Positions 60,847 to 64,000 of a DNA stretch of 64,000 nucleotides are shown here, in pieces. This DNA is from Trypanosoma brucei (lineage: Eukaryota), in assembly GCA_000002445.1 (NCBI GenBank), contig CM000208.1:2304001-2368000 (forward strand), read 5' to 3'. The position numbers and the translations under genes were made by a program. The notes under the pieces are model-generated. The model made no database searches. It was not told the origin of the DNA and saw only the letters and a program-made list of their open reading frames with translations. Numbering within the stretch: position 1 is the first letter of the stretch; each line of letters starts with the position of its first letter.

Positions 60847-62559
60847 ATGTATCACTACGAGTACGATGACGACCACTCAACCAACCTCTCGCAAGCAATT
60901 AACGCCAAGTTGATTACGCGTAGGGGTATAACAACAGACAGCCCAGATCCCATTACTCCGGTTTTTTCGTCGACCGCGCCAACTCGCTCATCAACTGGAC
61001 TAACGACTGAATGGATACGACATCAAAAGCTTAGCGGAAGGGCTGTACCCCCGACCCTTGATACTCTAAAGGGGACAGGTAGTGGAAGGAAATACAAGAG
61101 TGTCACAAATTCCCAAGAAAACAATGTGGACCCAAACAGCATTAACCGCGGCACTTTGCTAGTTAACTCATCCTACTCGGCACCTTCACCAAGATATAAC
61201 CACGTCTCTTCAGTGGTAAAAAAGCTGATAGAAGGGAGAATAACGCCCCAAGAGGCGCGTCGTGCAAGTTCCTCTCGTCGTGGCAGCTCACGAACCACCC
61301 GACTGGTTGCCAGTAGCCGATTCGCTCCTGCCGATAGGCCATCAAGCGCCCCGAAACGTCTTCCGATGGGCAGCGGTAGGACTGGTGGGCTGCTGCCACG
61401 TCTAAGAATATCGTCAACACCACACATACCCGTCCGCACGCAGCAATGGATCCCTTCAAACTCAGCAAAACCAGCGACGGCGGAATGCCAAAAAAACATA
61501 TCGCCACGAGGTCCGGCAACCACGCAGTCATCGGGCAGCTCACGAAGGTTAAACATGTATCAAAGGGTGCCACTATCACGACAATGCGACTCTTTTCCGA
61601 GGAAACCAACAACTGTGGAGGAAAAACCGAAGCCCCCTCAGCCATTGTTCAGTCGGGTTCCGAGATGTGCGGCGGATATTCCAGATCATCGGAAGCCCTC
61701 TCCACGACACGATGTACAGTCAAGAAGGCCGTACGTGCCGCAGTCAGGACGTGAGGTACCGAAAGCGCATAAGACACCACTCTCCAGGGCATCCAGTTCG
61801 CCGAAATACAACAGTGCCCGGAGGAGGTACGTGCAGGACAAACAAACCAACGAAACATCTACTATCAGCGGAAGGCAACGAGTTCCTGTGAGTGCAGTAG
61901 ATGTAGGAAGCAGGGAGAAGGCTAACGTCAGCGAAAGGCAACGAGTTCCTGTAAGTGCAGTAGATGTAGGAAGCAGGGAGAAGGCTAACGTCACTGAAAG
62001 GCAACGAGTTCCTGTGAGTGCAGTAGATGTAGGAAGCAGGGAGAAGGCTAACGTCACTGAAAGGCAACGAGTTCCTGTAAGTGCAGTAGATGTAGGAAGC
62101 AGGGAGAAGGCTAACGTCACTGAAAGGCAACGAGTTCCTGTGAGTGCAGTAGATGTAGGAAGCAGGGAGAAGGCTAACGTCAGCGAAAGGCAACGAGTTC
62201 CTGTAAGTGCAGTAGATGTAGGAAGCAGGGAGAAGGCTAACGTCACTGAAAGGCAACGAGTTCCTGTGAGTGCAGTAGATGTAGGAAGTAAGGAGCAAGA
62301 AGACGGACGAGTCACCGCAATTTCTTCGGACTCGAGAGGCGCATTAAGTCAGACAAAGGCGATGGAGACACAAAAAGTCGTCGATCCGTTGTCAACAAAA
62401 GATATAATTTCCCACGACGCGGCTGGTCGTCCCAAACATAAATCTCTTAATGGTGGTTTAGTGATACCACAGGTGGAGGGGATTAAGTCATTACTGCTTT
62501 TTGATATCAAACCACCGAAACTGAGCGAGACTGGCGCTGTTGCCGCCACTGTCGGTTGA
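60847..62559 (+). CDS. S/R/P-rich low-complexity protein (570 aa) containing 6.5 copies of a 21-aa tandem repeat ERQRVPVSAVDVGSREKANV(T/S).
   Basis: It is a + strand ORF whose reading frame is maintained perfectly through the 63-bp repeats. The composition resembles trypanosomatid repetitive proteins. Confidence 0.65.
   Translation: MYHYEYDDDHSTNLSQAINAKLITRRGITTDSPDPITPVFSSTAPTRSSTGLTTEWIRHQKLSGRAVPPTLDTLKGTGSGRKYKSVTNSQENNVDPNSINRGTLLVNSSYSAPSPRYNHVSSVVKKLIEGRITPQEARRASSSRRGSSRTTRLVASSRFAPADRPSSAPKRLPMGSGRTGGLLPRLRISSTPHIPVRTQQWIPSNSAKPATAECQKNISPRGPATTQSSGSSRRLNMYQRVPLSRQCDSFPRKPTTVEEKPKPPQPLFSRVPRCAADIPDHRKPSPRHDVQSRRPYVPQSGREVPKAHKTPLSRASSSPKYNSARRRYVQDKQTNETSTISGRQRVPVSAVDVGSREKANVSERQRVPVSAVDVGSREKANVTERQRVPVSAVDVGSREKANVTERQRVPVSAVDVGSREKANVTERQRVPVSAVDVGSREKANVSERQRVPVSAVDVGSREKANVTERQRVPVSAVDVGSKEQEDGRVTAISSDSRGALSQTKAMETQKVVDPLSTKDIISHDAAGRPKHKSLNGGLVIPQVEGIKSLLLFDIKPPKLSETGAVAATVG
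61870..62295 (+). repeat. Near-perfect 63-bp tandem repeat of about 6.7 units with a strict two-unit (126-bp) higher-order alternation of gtg and gta.
   Basis: The units gaaaggcaacgagttcctgt(g/a)agtgcagtagatgtaggaagcagggagaaggctaacgtca(gc/ct) were read directly from the sequence. The third-position g/a alternates in every unit 1 to 7. Confidence 0.95.
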
Positions 62560-63121
62560 GAGCGTATGTGTTCCATTACATCTTGGTACGTGTCTTCCAA
62601 GTGTAGCGTTTGTGTGTAAACTTTGCATTCAGTTTGGCGCAGAGCAGTTCAGTTCTTCCTCACCAAGGCAATTAATTTTGGTGACAGTTGGCAGTGAGTC
62701 TGGAAAGGGGGGAGGAGTGATGGAAAATCTCGTGGAACCTCCCACGATAGTACCAAATGAGAAGTTGAAATTTATTTTTTGGATACGGTGGGCAGTCCTT
62801 CCGCCGCTTCAACGCATGTGTGCGTCATCATGTATATGTGTATATATGTATTTTATTCGTACGGCTCTCCTTACTCACCTACACGTTTTTTCCCCTTACC
62901 GCCATATTTTGTTTCACTGGCACTTAGGGATTTCGTTTCCCCCCTCAACTCGAGTGTAGGGGGCTGTTGTTATTTTTTCCGGTGTTGTCTATTTTTAATT
63001 TTTCTATATTTATTCTTTTTACACCCTTTTGTTTCCCTTCACTTTCCCTTTGAAGTATGGTTTCTTTGAGTTTGTTTAAACTGCTAAAGTTGAGGAACCA
63101 GTGCCCACTCTACCAAAGTGA

Positions 63122-64000
63122 ATGTGGCGTCCAGCTGAAGTGAACGCTAATATCGGCACCCCACCGCATAAAGTATCTTCAATACCCGGTTTGGACGCGG
63201 GATTGGCTCCACTATGTGCAACAATGTGGGCCGGTGGTTTGTGTCCAACAAGGGACGTGACATTGTGGGGATTCGGTGATGGTGATGGTGTGGGTGGGGA
63301 ACAGCAGTTGCGTAACGTACAGCAGCACAGCGGTCCTTCTCCCTGTGCTGTAAAGGAAGGAGACGAAGTGTTGATGTATGCTCGTCCGCTTCCTTCAACT
63401 GCGAATGAAGAAGAGGATGAAGATGGTGCCGTAAGATTCGCTCAGTGGTGCACTCCCATAGAGCGGAAACACGCCTCTGATGCCGGAGACTCCAGTCAGT
63501 GTAGCATGACCGGTCATAAGGCACGTGCAGCGCTGGCGATGAAACGACACCACGGCGACCCCGGTGCTCCGACAAAATTACCCGAAAGTAGGGCATGTAT
63601 TTTTAGTGATGCTGATGAACTTACTGTTCCGTTTGCTAAGCGGTATCGGTCTTTTCAGTTGCAGGGTGTGGATGATGGTGACTCTAACAAGGTGAACGGC
63701 AGTAGCGTGCTAACTCCCTGTGATTCGTCTAATCTATCCCACATTACGCCACTGGATGAGGGTGGAGAGTCGATTGACCTTGCGAACCACATGTCAGGTC
63801 TCATATTAGCGGCATCCCCAACCCCAAAGAAACTGGATTTTGTCACTCCTCTTGAAGATGGTGAAGTGCACACGGGGGACAATGGCACATTTAATGCTCA
63901 GGATGGGGAAAATAGGCCACTCAGCGCATGTAGCAGCACCCATCGCCCCCTTCGGGGGAAGAGATTTCTTGACGATTTGGACCCGAACGTGGGAGTTGCA
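63122..64000 (+). CDS. Partial CDS that is open at the window's 3' end (at least 293 aa), encoding a hypothetical protein. It is absent from the supplied ORF track because no stop codon is reached.
   Basis: I translated frame 2 by hand from the ATG at 63122, just after the TGA at 63119-63121, to position 64000 and found no stop. The translation reads MWRPAEVNANIGTPPHKVSS...FLDDLDPNVGVA. It is on the same strand as the cluster. Confidence 0.45.
   Translation, partial: MWRPAEVNANIGTPPHKVSSIPGLDAGLAPLCATMWAGGLCPTRDVTLWGFGDGDGVGGEQQLRNVQQHSGPSPCAVKEGDEVLMYARPLPSTANEEEDEDGAVRFAQWCTPIERKHASDAGDSSQCSMTGHKARAALAMKRHHGDPGAPTKLPESRACIFSDADELTVPFAKRYRSFQLQGVDDGDSNKVNGSSVLTPCDSSNLSHITPLDEGGESIDLANHMSGLILAASPTPKKLDFVTPLEDGEVHTGDNGTFNAQDGENRPLSACSSTHRPLRGKRFLDDLDPNVGVA

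Noticed and set aside
61686-62315. Minus-strand ORFs of 209 and 184 aa (LPTSTALTGTRCLSVTLAFSL repeats)
   Set aside because: They are open antisense frames created by the stop-free 63-bp tandem repeat inside the + strand gene, and are not independent genes.

Overview
This 64-kb window reads as an intronless, strictly unidirectional (+ strand) protein-coding cluster, typical of a kinetoplastid polycistronic transcription unit. The organism is most likely a Trypanosoma (T. cruzi-like). The basis is the long uninterrupted ORFs, polypyrimidine tracts followed by AG upstream of start codons, abundant (TA)n/(GT)n/(AAT)n microsatellites and homopolymer G/T runs, and strongly pyrimidine-skewed intergenic DNA. 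I call about 17 + strand genes and none on the - strand.

In window order these are:
- a tandem array of 4 copies (3 complete, 1 partial) of a type-II membrane GT-A/GT8-like putative glycosyltransferase;
- a possible small Cys-rich membrane protein;
- a ZADH2/PTGR3-like MDR oxidoreductase;
- a 1082-aa RNI-type LRR protein;
- a WD40 protein;
- a CMGC (CLK/DYRK-like) kinase;
- a coiled-coil protein;
- a 1406-aa hypothetical protein;
- a crooked-neck-like HAT-repeat splicing factor;
- a PH-domain plus degenerate ARF-like GTPase protein;
- a SET-domain protein;
- two adjacent paralogous multi-C2-domain giants (1860 and 1185 aa) built from a repeated C2 + helical-linker module;
- an S/R/P-rich protein with a 63-bp tandem repeat;
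- an ORF running off the 3' end of the window that is missing from the ORF track.

Two long gene-free segments sit inside the cluster. The 11.7-kb one at 4626-16375 has mixed composition and a GC-rich, stop-poor stretch. The 6.5-kb one at 26250-32785 is extremely pyrimidine-skewed low-complexity DNA with several microsatellites. I could not support any tRNA, rRNA, SL RNA, telomere or CRISPR feature. Domain assignments come from motif recognition by eye and were not checked against any database.
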